Origin: an uncultured Bacteroidales bacterium
Lineage (GTDB): Bacteria > Bacteroidota > Bacteroidia > Bacteroidales > JAAAOM01
Reading direction: 5' to 3'
Length of the DNA stretch: 54,637 nucleotides
Assembly (NCBI GenBank): GCA_964486145.1
Contig: CAZAMT010000002.1
Span: forward strand, 1 to 54,637
Of the stretch, positions 38,302 through 47,174 are shown in pieces. The position numbers and the translations under genes are program-made. Below the pieces are notes generated by a model. The model worked only from the letters and a program-made list of their open reading frames with translations. It made no database searches and was not told the origin of the DNA. Every line of letters starts with the position of its first letter. Position 1 is the stretch's first letter.

Positions 38302-39924
38302 ATGGGCCACGGTAAAGAAACACCGAGACAGAAGATGATAGGTATGATGTACCTGGTACTTACGGCATTGCTTGCAATGAACGTACAGAAAGAGGTGCTT
38401 GATGCTTTTATTAACGTTGATGAAGGTTTAAATAAAACTATAAGCAACTTTGCAGCCCGGAATCAAGTCATCTATGAAGAATTTAATGAAAAGGCAATTG
38501 CAAATCCTGAAAAAGTTGGCCCACTTAAAGAACAGGCCGCGGAAGTAAAAAAAAGGTCTGATGAATTGTATTTCCTTATTCAGGACATGAAAAAAGAAAT
38601 CGTTACAATATCAGAGGGAGCAGAGTCTCCAGCCATTGAAGGAGAGCACATTCATGTCAAAGAAATAAATGGTAAAGATAACATGGATGTTCCTGCCCAG
38701 GTAATGATAGGTGATAAAAATGATAAACGCGGAAAAGAACTTCGAAACGCTTTAAATGGATACAGAGATTTCTTGTTAAGTCTCATTGATTCGAAAGATG
38801 AAGAAATTATACATTCTATTGAAACAAATCTGGAAACTGAAGATCATGTTGGTAATGATGGTCAAAAACACCCCTGGGAGTCAGCTAATTTTGAACATCT
38901 GCCATTGGCAGGGGTAATCGCAATTATGTCGGGAATACAAACAGATGTGCGAAATACAGAATCAGAGGTTATTAGTTATTTATATGGACAAATTGATGCC
39001 GGTAGCTTTAAATTTAACCGATTAGAAGCAACAGTCATTCCAAATTCCAACTATATTATTAAAGGAAATGAGTACAAAGCTAAAATTTTCCTTGCTGCCT
39101 CAGATACAACCCAGGATCCTATAATTTATCTTGGAAGCTATGATTCCACATACAATGAAACTGCAAAAAAATGGGACTATCATATGGTTGGCAACTATGA
39201 CTCCATTGAAGTTAAAAGTGGTAAAGGAATCTTCACACAAAGAGGCCAATCCCTGGGTAATAAATCGTATAAAGGTATCATTAAATTAAAAAACCTTGAC
39301 GGGTCATACACATCAAGGCCATTTAGTGCTTCTTATCAGGTAGCAGAAGGAAGTGCAGGGGTTAACCCATTAAAAATGAATGTATTTTATCTTGGAGTTG
39401 ATAATCCCGTTGATGTTTTTGTATCCGGGGTGCCCTCCGAAAATATAAGCGCAACCATTGATAACGGAGTTATTCAAAAACGATCAAACGGAACATGGAT
39501 AGTAAAACCAAGGCATGTTGGAAAAACATTCGTTACCGTATATGCAAATATTGATGGAAATAAACAGTCGTTTGGCTTCCATGAATTCAGGGTTAAACAA
39601 GTTCCTGATCCTGTTGCAAAAATAGCCAATATGACCAGCGGTGTGATTGCAAAAAACGTATTACTGGCACAAGCAGGTGTAATTGCGGATATGGAAAATT
39701 TTGATTTTGACCTTGACTTTAAGGTGACGCAGTTTACAACTTCTGCAACAATTAAGGGATTTACCCAGGATTACAAGTCAGGAAACAATTTATTTACATC
39801 GCAACAAAAAGATTTAATTCAGAAACTCAATCGAGGAGACAGAATATATTTTGAAGATATAAAAGCCATTGGTCCGGATGGTATTGAACGTCCGCTCAAT
39901 GCAATAGTATTTAAAATTAATTAA
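38302..39924 (+). CDS. gldM: Gliding motility / T9SS protein GldM (PorM)
   Basis: 540 aa with the N-terminus GKETPRQKMIGMMYLVLTALLAMNV, typical of GldM. Confidence 0.9.
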   Translation: MGHGKETPRQKMIGMMYLVLTALLAMNVQKEVLDAFINVDEGLNKTISNFAARNQVIYEEFNEKAIANPEKVGPLKEQAAEVKKRSDELYFLIQDMKKEIVTISEGAESPAIEGEHIHVKEINGKDNMDVPAQVMIGDKNDKRGKELRNALNGYRDFLLSLIDSKDEEIIHSIETNLETEDHVGNDGQKHPWESANFEHLPLAGVIAIMSGIQTDVRNTESEVISYLYGQIDAGSFKFNRLEATVIPNSNYIIKGNEYKAKIFLAASDTTQDPIIYLGSYDSTYNETAKKWDYHMVGNYDSIEVKSGKGIFTQRGQSLGNKSYKGIIKLKNLDGSYTSRPFSASYQVAEGSAGVNPLKMNVFYLGVDNPVDVFVSGVPSENISATIDNGVIQKRSNGTWIVKPRHVGKTFVTVYANIDGNKQSFGFHEFRVKQVPDPVAKIANMTSGVIAKNVLLAQAGVIADMENFDFDLDFKVTQFTTSATIKGFTQDYKSGNNLFTSQQKDLIQKLNRGDRIYFEDIKAIGPDGIERPLNAIVFKIN

Positions 39925-39942
39925 CCTTTAAAATTAATCATA

Positions 39943-40806
39943 ATGAAACGATTTGTTCTAATTTTAGCAGGCATTTCTATCCTGGCAGCCGGTACTACAA
40001 AACTGGAAGCCCAGGATCTTAAAAAAGAAATTTACACAAAGGAACATGTCCCGAATAAGAAACCTGTTCCATATCCGTATGTGCGTGAAGCTGATGTTAT
40101 GTGGTCAAAAACCTTATGGAGAATCATAGATTTAAGGCAAAAACAAAACCTCCCTTTGTATTATCCGGTAAAACCCATCGGGAAAAGAATGAGCCTTATT
40201 GATTTGTTATTATATGGCATTGATAACGAAGGTCTTACAGCCTATTCACCTGATGACCCTTACAATGAATTTAAAGTTCAATTAACAAAAGATATTGTTG
40301 ATTTTAATCTGGGGGCAGGTATAGATACAGTGCAGGTGATTGATCCAAATACTGGTGAAGTAACATATACACCTGTACAGCGCGAACGAAGAACAGAAGA
40401 AGTTAAACAACTACTGGTTAAAGAAAAATGGTTTTTCGACAGACAGCATTCTGTAATGAAAGTCCGGGTAGTAGGAATGTGCCCTATTCGGGTGTATAAT
40501 CGTCTTGGTGAAGATGGTTTACCTACTGAGGAAATTCAAAAGAAAAAAGTATTCTGGGTATATTTCCCGGAAGCACGTCCGTTGCTATCAAGATATGAAA
40601 TTTATAACCGTCACAATGATGCCCAACGTATGTCGTTTGATGATTTCTTCTGGCAAAGAAGATTTAACAGCTACATTTATGCAGAATCGAATGTTTACAG
40701 CAATCGTTTAATTGAAGAATATACTTTAGGCCTTGAAACGTTAATGGAATCTGAAAGAATTAAAGAATCACTGTTTAATATGGAACACGACTTGTGGGAG
40801 TATTAA
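39943..40806 (+). CDS. gldN: Gliding motility / T9SS protein GldN (PorN)
   Basis: 287 aa with a signal peptide and VREADVMWSKTLWRIIDLRQKQN. It occupies the position after gldM. Confidence 0.9.
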   Translation: MKRFVLILAGISILAAGTTKLEAQDLKKEIYTKEHVPNKKPVPYPYVREADVMWSKTLWRIIDLRQKQNLPLYYPVKPIGKRMSLIDLLLYGIDNEGLTAYSPDDPYNEFKVQLTKDIVDFNLGAGIDTVQVIDPNTGEVTYTPVQRERRTEEVKQLLVKEKWFFDRQHSVMKVRVVGMCPIRVYNRLGEDGLPTEEIQKKKVFWVYFPEARPLLSRYEIYNRHNDAQRMSFDDFFWQRRFNSYIYAESNVYSNRLIEEYTLGLETLMESERIKESLFNMEHDLWEY

Positions 40807-40834
40807 AATGGAGAAAAGGTTAATTAATTAAATT

Positions 40835-40869
40835 AAAAAAGTCCGCCGAACATGGCGGACTTTTTTTTT
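40835..40869. terminator. Bidirectional rho-independent terminator shared by gldN and the convergent guanylyltransferase gene
   Basis: A 7-bp GC-rich stem gtccgcc / ggcggac with a 6-nt loop. It is flanked by AAAAAA on the left and T9 on the right. Confidence 0.8.
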
Positions 40870-41965
40870 ATGCAAATGCATCTCCTTTTTTAAGTTTCAC
40901 ATCATTTACAAACTGTTTGATTTTTTGTTCATCACGTTTTTTACAAACAAGTAAAATATCATCTGATTCCACTACGATATAATCTTTCAAACCTTGCAGC
41001 ACAACCAGTTTATCATGAGGCACATTTACCAAACAATCCTTTAAATCGTACTTAAAAACATTTTCACCAATGATGGAATTTTTATTTATATCCTTTTCAA
41101 GCTTTTCATATAAGGATCCCCAGGTTCCCAGGTCCGACCATCCGAAATCAGAACATAACACAAATACATTATCTGCTTTTTCCATGATACCGTAGTCAAT
41201 GGAAATGTTTTTGCAGTTTGTATATGTGTTACTAATAAATTCGTTTTCATCCCGGGTATTATATTTTTCAATTCCTTCACTGAACAAGTTGTTTACATCC
41301 GGCAAAAAACGTTCAAAAGCCTCCATAATGGTTTTAAGTGACCAAAAAAATATGCCTGAATTCCAGTAAAAGTCACCACTCTCAAAAAACACTTTCGCCA
41401 TATTGTAATCGGGTTTTTCTGTAAACGTTTTAACTTTCCGCAGGCTTTCGTTAACTACGATGGGTTCATTGTTATCTCCGTTAACCTGTATATAACCGTA
41501 TCCTGTTTCCGGTCTGCTTGGTTTTATTCCAAGTGTTAACAGGTTATTATTATTGGAAACAAAATCCAAACCGTGTTCCAATACTTTCAGAAATTCATTT
41601 TCTTTTATGATGAGATGATCAGATGGAGCAACCACAATGCTTGCATCCGGGTTATCTTTTAAAATTTTGTAATTGGCATAAGCAACACACGGCGCTGTAT
41701 TTCGGCGCAGTGGCTCTCTTAATACCTGCTGCTCTTTCAAATCAGGTAATTGTTCCAAAACAATATCACCATAATCGCTGTTTGTTACTACGAGAATATT
41801 TTCCCTGGGAATAACTTGTACAAACCTGTCATATGTTTGTTGTAACAAGGTTTTTCCGATTCCTAAGACATCAAGAAATTGTTTTGGTTTGGCAGTTCGA
41901 CTTAATGGCCAAAATCTACTTCCAATACCTCCGGCCATAATGACACAATAGTTATTCTTATTCAT
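40868..41965 (-). CDS. Mannose-1-phosphate guanylyltransferase (NTP-transferase family)
   Basis: 365 aa with the N-terminus VIMAGGIGSRFWPLSR. Confidence 0.8.
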   Translation of the reverse strand: MNKNNYCVIMAGGIGSRFWPLSRTAKPKQFLDVLGIGKTLLQQTYDRFVQVIPRENILVVTNSDYGDIVLEQLPDLKEQQVLREPLRRNTAPCVAYANYKILKDNPDASIVVAPSDHLIIKENEFLKVLEHGLDFVSNNNNLLTLGIKPSRPETGYGYIQVNGDNNEPIVVNESLRKVKTFTEKPDYNMAKVFFESGDFYWNSGIFFWSLKTIMEAFERFLPDVNNLFSEGIEKYNTRDENEFISNTYTNCKNISIDYGIMEKADNVFVLCSDFGWSDLGTWGSLYEKLEKDINKNSIIGENVFKYDLKDCLVNVPHDKLVVLQGLKDYIVVESDDILLVCKKRDEQKIKQFVNDVKLKKGDAFA

Positions 41966-42160
41966 ATGTATGCATTTTATTTATAATGATCTATTTTGAT
42001 TTCAAATCGTTGATGAACCAAAGAAAGCATTTCGCTGCTAAATTATAATACATTTTTTACTTACTAAATATATAGAATTTCAAAAAGCTTTCCTCGAATA
42101 GTAAACGAATTTTATTTATATCTGTTTATTATTGCTCATATTTGTAAAAAATGATATTAA

Positions 42161-42904
42161 ATGAATTTTTTTCCTGCTTTTGGTAAATATGTTCTGCTGA
42201 TAATGAGGGTTTTTTCAAAACCTGAAAAAAGAAGTGTGTATTATCAGCAAACTCTAAAAGAAATTGAAAAATTAGTTGTTGATTCTGTGGGCATTGTCAT
42301 TATCATATCTGTATTCATGGGTGCAGTTATAACTTTGCAAACCAGATACAATCTTGAAAATCCTCTTATCCCATTATATCTTGTTGGTTTAACAGCGCGC
42401 GATACCATGTTCCTTGAATTTTCTTCTACCATCGTAGGTCTTATTTTAGCGGGTAAAGTTGGATCAAATATAGCATCTGAAATTGGCACGATGCGTGTAA
42501 CCGAACAGATTGATGCTTTGGAAATTATGGGAGTAAATTCTGCCAGTTATCTCATTCTGCCGAAAATAGTTGCAGCTGTTCTTTTCAATCCCTTTCTGAC
42601 GATGATAAGCATGTTTGTTGGCATATTTGGGGGATGGCTGGCTTCAGTACTCACCGGTGCGTTGTCATCGTTCGATTATATTTATGGCATACAATACTGG
42701 TTTATTCCATTTTATATTACATATTCTCTGATTAAAACCGTTGTTTTCGCTTTTATTATAACCTCTGTACCGGCATTTCATGGTTATTATGTAAAAGGAG
42801 GGGCGCTTGAGGTAGGTAAATCAAGTACGAAGGGTGTTGTTTACAGTAGTATTTTAATTTTACTTTTTAATGTCGTTTTAACCCAGTTATTACTTGCGAA
42901 ATGA
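42161..42904 (+). CDS. mlaE: MlaE-family ABC transporter permease
   Basis: 247 aa with GSNIASEIGTMRVTEQIDALEIMGVNS (MlaE signature). Its end overlaps the mlaF start by 4 nt. Confidence 0.85.
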   Translation: MNFFPAFGKYVLLIMRVFSKPEKRSVYYQQTLKEIEKLVVDSVGIVIIISVFMGAVITLQTRYNLENPLIPLYLVGLTARDTMFLEFSSTIVGLILAGKVGSNIASEIGTMRVTEQIDALEIMGVNSASYLILPKIVAAVLFNPFLTMISMFVGIFGGWLASVLTGALSSFDYIYGIQYWFIPFYITYSLIKTVVFAFIITSVPAFHGYYVKGGALEVGKSSTKGVVYSSILILLFNVVLTQLLLAK

Positions 42905-43653
42905 TTGAAGTCCAAAACATACATAAGTCTTTTGGTGAAACGAAAGTGCTTGAAGATATTCACGTGAAATTTGAACCTGGTAAAACCAACCTGATCATTG
43001 GTCAAAGTGGTTCCGGTAAAACGGTGCTGCTAAAATCAATTGTTGGATTGCATGATGTAAATGAAGGAAAGATATTTTATGATGATCGTGACTTTATCCA
43101 AATGACCCATCACCAGAGAAAATTATTGCGAAAAGAGATGGGAATGTTATTTCAAGGAAGTGCGCTGTTTGATTCCCTTACCGTTGAAGAAAACGTGATG
43201 TTCCCATTAAATATGTTTTCAAACATGACCAGTGATGAAAAATCGGAGCGGGTTAATTTTTGCCTGAACAGGGTAAACATACACCATTCTAACCATCTTT
43301 TTCCAGCCGAAATTAGCGGAGGCATGCAAAAGCGTGTTGCCATTGCAAGAGCAATTGTACAAAACCCAAAGTATTTATTTTGTGATGAACCAAATTCCGG
43401 GTTGGATCCCAAAACCGCCATAGTCATTGACAACCTCATAAAGGAACTGACTGATGAATATCATATGACTACTATCATTAACTCTCATGATATGAATTCA
43501 GTTATGGAAATTGGGGATAAGGTGGTATTTATATTTAAAGGCCGGAAATGCTGGGAAGGAACAAAAGATCATATTTTTGATTCAGATAATGAAGAACTTA
43601 ACAATTTTATATTTGCATCCAATTTTGCCAAAAAAATTAAAACCCTGCATTAA
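42901..43653 (+). CDS. mlaF: MlaF-like ABC transporter ATP-binding protein
   Basis: 250 aa with Walker A GQSGSGKT, signature ISGGMQKRVAIARA and Walker B LFCDEP. Confidence 0.85.
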   Translation: MIEVQNIHKSFGETKVLEDIHVKFEPGKTNLIIGQSGSGKTVLLKSIVGLHDVNEGKIFYDDRDFIQMTHHQRKLLRKEMGMLFQGSALFDSLTVEENVMFPLNMFSNMTSDEKSERVNFCLNRVNIHHSNHLFPAEISGGMQKRVAIARAIVQNPKYLFCDEPNSGLDPKTAIVIDNLIKELTDEYHMTTIINSHDMNSVMEIGDKVVFIFKGRKCWEGTKDHIFDSDNEELNNFIFASNFAKKIKTLH

Positions 43654-43898
43654 TTTACTTCTTCATAATCAACATATTCACCTTTATCTTTATCAACTTT
43701 TTTATTTTTGTCTCTTCCATATTGAATGGTTACATCACCTTCTTCTCTTTGAAAATCACCATTCCCCCGGTGTTTTTTCGAAACCTTGTTTATGTAGTTT
43801 TTCAACATCAACGGTAAAACATACTTTGTAAGAAATTTATATGTATAGTAAACTGCCAACAGAATAAGGACAGTCCTAAAAAAACCTACTAATCCCAT
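43650..43898 (-). CDS. DUF4834-family small membrane protein
   Basis: 82 aa with an N-terminal TM segment FFRTVLILLAVYYTYKF and an acidic C-terminus GEYVDYEEV. Its stop overlaps the mlaF stop (ttaa). The family name comes from memory. Confidence 0.6.
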   Translation of the reverse strand: MGLVGFFRTVLILLAVYYTYKFLTKYVLPLMLKNYINKVSKKHRGNGDFQREEGDVTIQYGRDKNKKVDKDKGEYVDYEEVN

Positions 43899-44016
43899 AC
43901 CTATTTTTTAATGATTGATTTTTACTTCCAATGCAAATAAAGTGCAAAGTTATGCAATTAAGGAGGGAATTATAAGAAATCAACATGAAAAATAAAGAAT
44001 CAGAATAATATTTTAC

Positions 44017-45477
44017 TTAAAAAACCATTGGTTTGTCTTTCATAAGCCGCTTTTCTCTGTTGCATCCAAATACAAGATTCAATCCAACTTTGATGTTCGC
44101 ATTTTTCGTTTTGTGCGGGACAACGATGTTATTGTTCACTTCTCTTGCCAACATTATTGGTAAATTATCCAATACGAAATACATATTTAATGGTCCTAAC
44201 GCTGAGCTCAATCCGAATCCCAGGTTATTAAATGAGTAGTTCAAAAACGAGTAAGACAATGAAAAGGAAAGAACTTTTCCCGGATTAAAATTTGTTGAAA
44301 CGGTAAATTCCTGTCTGATATTTTTATGATAAATTTCAGACATGGATAAAAATCCGATTCCAAAAGCCGGATTTACCATAAATTCGCCCCCTAAATAAAC
44401 TTTAGTAGGAATAAACGTATGGTATACATCCCGGGATTCCAAAAGCTCGAAATTGTTTTTTAATGAATCTACAAGATACTCTGAAAACTGTTCTGAACCT
44501 ATAGAATCAATTGAAACACCGTCAAACTCAAAGGATGTATTTTGAGATATGTTATATGTATTGTTTTTCCAACTAATGAAACCCAAATCAACAATACTCG
44601 CTGAAAGATACAGTCGTTCAACCGGTTCGTAAGCAATTCCTAAATCCATTCCCATCCCAAAATTACTAAACAACCCCGGACCGATGACATCAGCGACTGC
44701 TAAATCATCTTCAAACTCAATGCTATCCAACGCAAAGTTTCCGTCTTTATTCAAAGGAATATCGGCAAAAGGGATATTGGCATTTAATGTAAAATCGGTA
44801 TTTACTGTCCACAGATCTTTATCTGTATGGAGATTTATTTGAGAATTTTTTAAAGAAATATCGGCAATTCCAAACAGAAGTTTCCCTCTGATCCCAAGAG
44901 TGAGATTATTAAAAAATTTCTTTGAAGCACCCATACTGTATTCATTGTATACTCTGGAAGAAAAATCAAAGTTGCTAAAATTAAATTCTTCCCCGTCTTC
45001 ATTGAGTTCCAGCATAAATTTAAGGAAATCACCTGGCAGGTTTGCGTTGAAATAACCTTTTTGTCTGATATCAAAAGAAAAATACATATCTTCAATCCGA
45101 AAGCCCCAGGATGCAATTCCTGTACTCATTTCAGCATGCAGGTAGTTATTCTTTCGTATTCTCGACATAAAAATATCCTTATTGGCGTTTGGATGCAAAT
45201 AAGTAACGGTTGAATCCAATTCAGCATCATAATACATAACATCATTCAAGCTAAATGGAATACCCATTCGGACATCAACAGGAGCCAATCCGGGCATGCC
45301 AACATGAACGCCACATTCGGGTTGATGAGCCGGATTCATTAAGTAATTTTGCGGTACAATCCCTTTGAGGTGATATAACGTATTGCTGTGTTGGGAATAT
45401 GATTCCGTCAGTAAAAAACAAAATACTCCCAGAAGCAAAAATCTTTTTACAATTTCCATGGTTTGTTTATCTTTCAA
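44017..45477 (-). CDS. Uncharacterised outer-membrane beta-barrel protein
   Basis: 486 aa with a signal peptide (...FLLTESYSQ; the start may be Met7 at 45459). It shows repeated amphipathic strand patterns such as VLSFSLSYSFLNYSF and ends in a C-terminal Phe (KPMVF). It starts 6 nt downstream of the preceding gene. Confidence 0.6.
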   Translation of the reverse strand: MKDKQTMEIVKRFLLLGVFCFLLTESYSQHSNTLYHLKGIVPQNYLMNPAHQPECGVHVGMPGLAPVDVRMGIPFSLNDVMYYDAELDSTVTYLHPNANKDIFMSRIRKNNYLHAEMSTGIASWGFRIEDMYFSFDIRQKGYFNANLPGDFLKFMLELNEDGEEFNFSNFDFSSRVYNEYSMGASKKFFNNLTLGIRGKLLFGIADISLKNSQINLHTDKDLWTVNTDFTLNANIPFADIPLNKDGNFALDSIEFEDDLAVADVIGPGLFSNFGMGMDLGIAYEPVERLYLSASIVDLGFISWKNNTYNISQNTSFEFDGVSIDSIGSEQFSEYLVDSLKNNFELLESRDVYHTFIPTKVYLGGEFMVNPAFGIGFLSMSEIYHKNIRQEFTVSTNFNPGKVLSFSLSYSFLNYSFNNLGFGLSSALGPLNMYFVLDNLPIMLAREVNNNIVVPHKTKNANIKVGLNLVFGCNREKRLMKDKPMVF

Positions 45478-45483
45478 TTTCTA

Positions 45484-47118
45484 TCAGTTAACATTAATTT
45501 TGGCCTTTGCTTCAATACCCAGCTTAAAATCAAACAGATAATTATTTAATATTTTTACAGTCCGGGCACCATTGGTTGAACTAATTGCACCCACCACAAT
45601 AATTTTGTTGGCCTTGTTCAATAAATGATCAGCTTGTGAATCCGTTAATGAAATAAATCCACTTTGAGTTTGTACCTGATCTTTCATGGTAATTCCATAT
45701 TCGTCAACAGGAGCAGCAACCAGCAATGGTTTATCCATGTATCCCAGTTTAATTGTATCAAGTAATTGGTTACTTATGCTGTCGTACAGAATCAAATCGA
45801 AGTCAATATTTAATGGAAACTCATTATGAATGGTGTGATATAAAATAATGTATTCTATTTCACTCACATATTTATTATTGTTTATATTTAAATTCAGGGT
45901 GTCAATAAACTGCAAATCGGCCCTGAACTCCAGGGGAATTTCAATTTCGAGGTCAACATTCAACTTGCTGTTTTTATTAATAAAATTAGTATACTGGCTT
46001 TCACCATCCGGATTGCTTATAGCTGCGGCATTCAGATCAATGAAGTATGGTAAGGGAAATACCAGGAACGAATCAATGTTCGGAATATTTGTACGATTGA
46101 ATGAAACTTTTCTGTTTATTGGATCATCGGAATATTTAGCAGGACAATGGATAACAATATCATCCGGATTTATCTTAACTGTTCGGCTATCTTCAAATAC
46201 ACCATCCAAATCAAGATTTAATGCGAAAGGAATTCCCATTGAATTTGAATAATTGAAATTCAATTTGGGATTGGTCACCGCAAATGTTCCTTTCAAGTTC
46301 TCAAATTCCCCAAAATCAATATCTCTAATCGTGTCAATTCTTTGCTCAACCTGACCTGCATATCCAAATATGGTCTTGAAATCTGTCAGGTTTGAGAATG
46401 AAAAATCAATTTTCACATATTCATTTTTTGATATTCCTTCATTTGATGTTTTCCTTAATAACAAATCAAAATAAATGTCAATTTCACTTACATCCTGCTG
46501 CGGATGAAGGATTTTAATTGTATAATCATCAATTGGGTACACCTCCTGGGCGAAAAAATAACCGGAGTAGTCACTTATTAACATCACCTGGCTAAATATA
46601 TTTCCCTCTGGATCAATCAGGGACGGTGAACTTATACGCAATGCACCGGGATGTTTAAATGTAGACTCTATCCCAACATTTATAAAGGCTTCATCAATCC
46701 ACAGGCTGTCAGGTCTCATACCATTATCAAAAGAGAAAGTAAAATCCTCCACTTTATTTAAACTGAATTCTTCCGGCATAAGTCCGGATGGAATATCAAC
46801 TTCTGACTTTAAATAATATTGCAAAGTATCCTGAGTCGGCATCGTTGCGAATTCACTCACATCAAACGATATCAATGAATCTTGCTTGTAAAAATAAATG
46901 ATTGAATCCCCATTAAAAGTTAATACAGAATCTTCATCCGAATTATACAAGTTTTTAAATGTCAGTTTTCCTTTTACAATTGGTGCTGCCAGACTGGGGT
47001 TCAATTCCACCTGATCAGAAAATCTTTCAAAATCAAGTTTATCTTTGACACACGATGTTGATAGGAAAAACAATAACAAGAAAAAAACGAAAAAGCTTTG
47101 AATAACACGATTTTCCAT
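45484..47118 (-). CDS. Uncharacterised lipoprotein (predicted all-beta)
   Basis: 544 aa with a signal peptide plus lipobox FFLSTSC. I recognised no catalytic or binding motif. Confidence 0.6.
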   Translation of the reverse strand: MENRVIQSFFVFFLLLFFLSTSCVKDKLDFERFSDQVELNPSLAAPIVKGKLTFKNLYNSDEDSVLTFNGDSIIYFYKQDSLISFDVSEFATMPTQDTLQYYLKSEVDIPSGLMPEEFSLNKVEDFTFSFDNGMRPDSLWIDEAFINVGIESTFKHPGALRISSPSLIDPEGNIFSQVMLISDYSGYFFAQEVYPIDDYTIKILHPQQDVSEIDIYFDLLLRKTSNEGISKNEYVKIDFSFSNLTDFKTIFGYAGQVEQRIDTIRDIDFGEFENLKGTFAVTNPKLNFNYSNSMGIPFALNLDLDGVFEDSRTVKINPDDIVIHCPAKYSDDPINRKVSFNRTNIPNIDSFLVFPLPYFIDLNAAAISNPDGESQYTNFINKNSKLNVDLEIEIPLEFRADLQFIDTLNLNINNNKYVSEIEYIILYHTIHNEFPLNIDFDLILYDSISNQLLDTIKLGYMDKPLLVAAPVDEYGITMKDQVQTQSGFISLTDSQADHLLNKANKIIVVGAISSTNGARTVKILNNYLFDFKLGIEAKAKINVN

Positions 47119-47174
47119 ACAATTTTATTTTATTGGCCAACCGGAGATATCCGGTTTATTTATTCAAATTGAGC

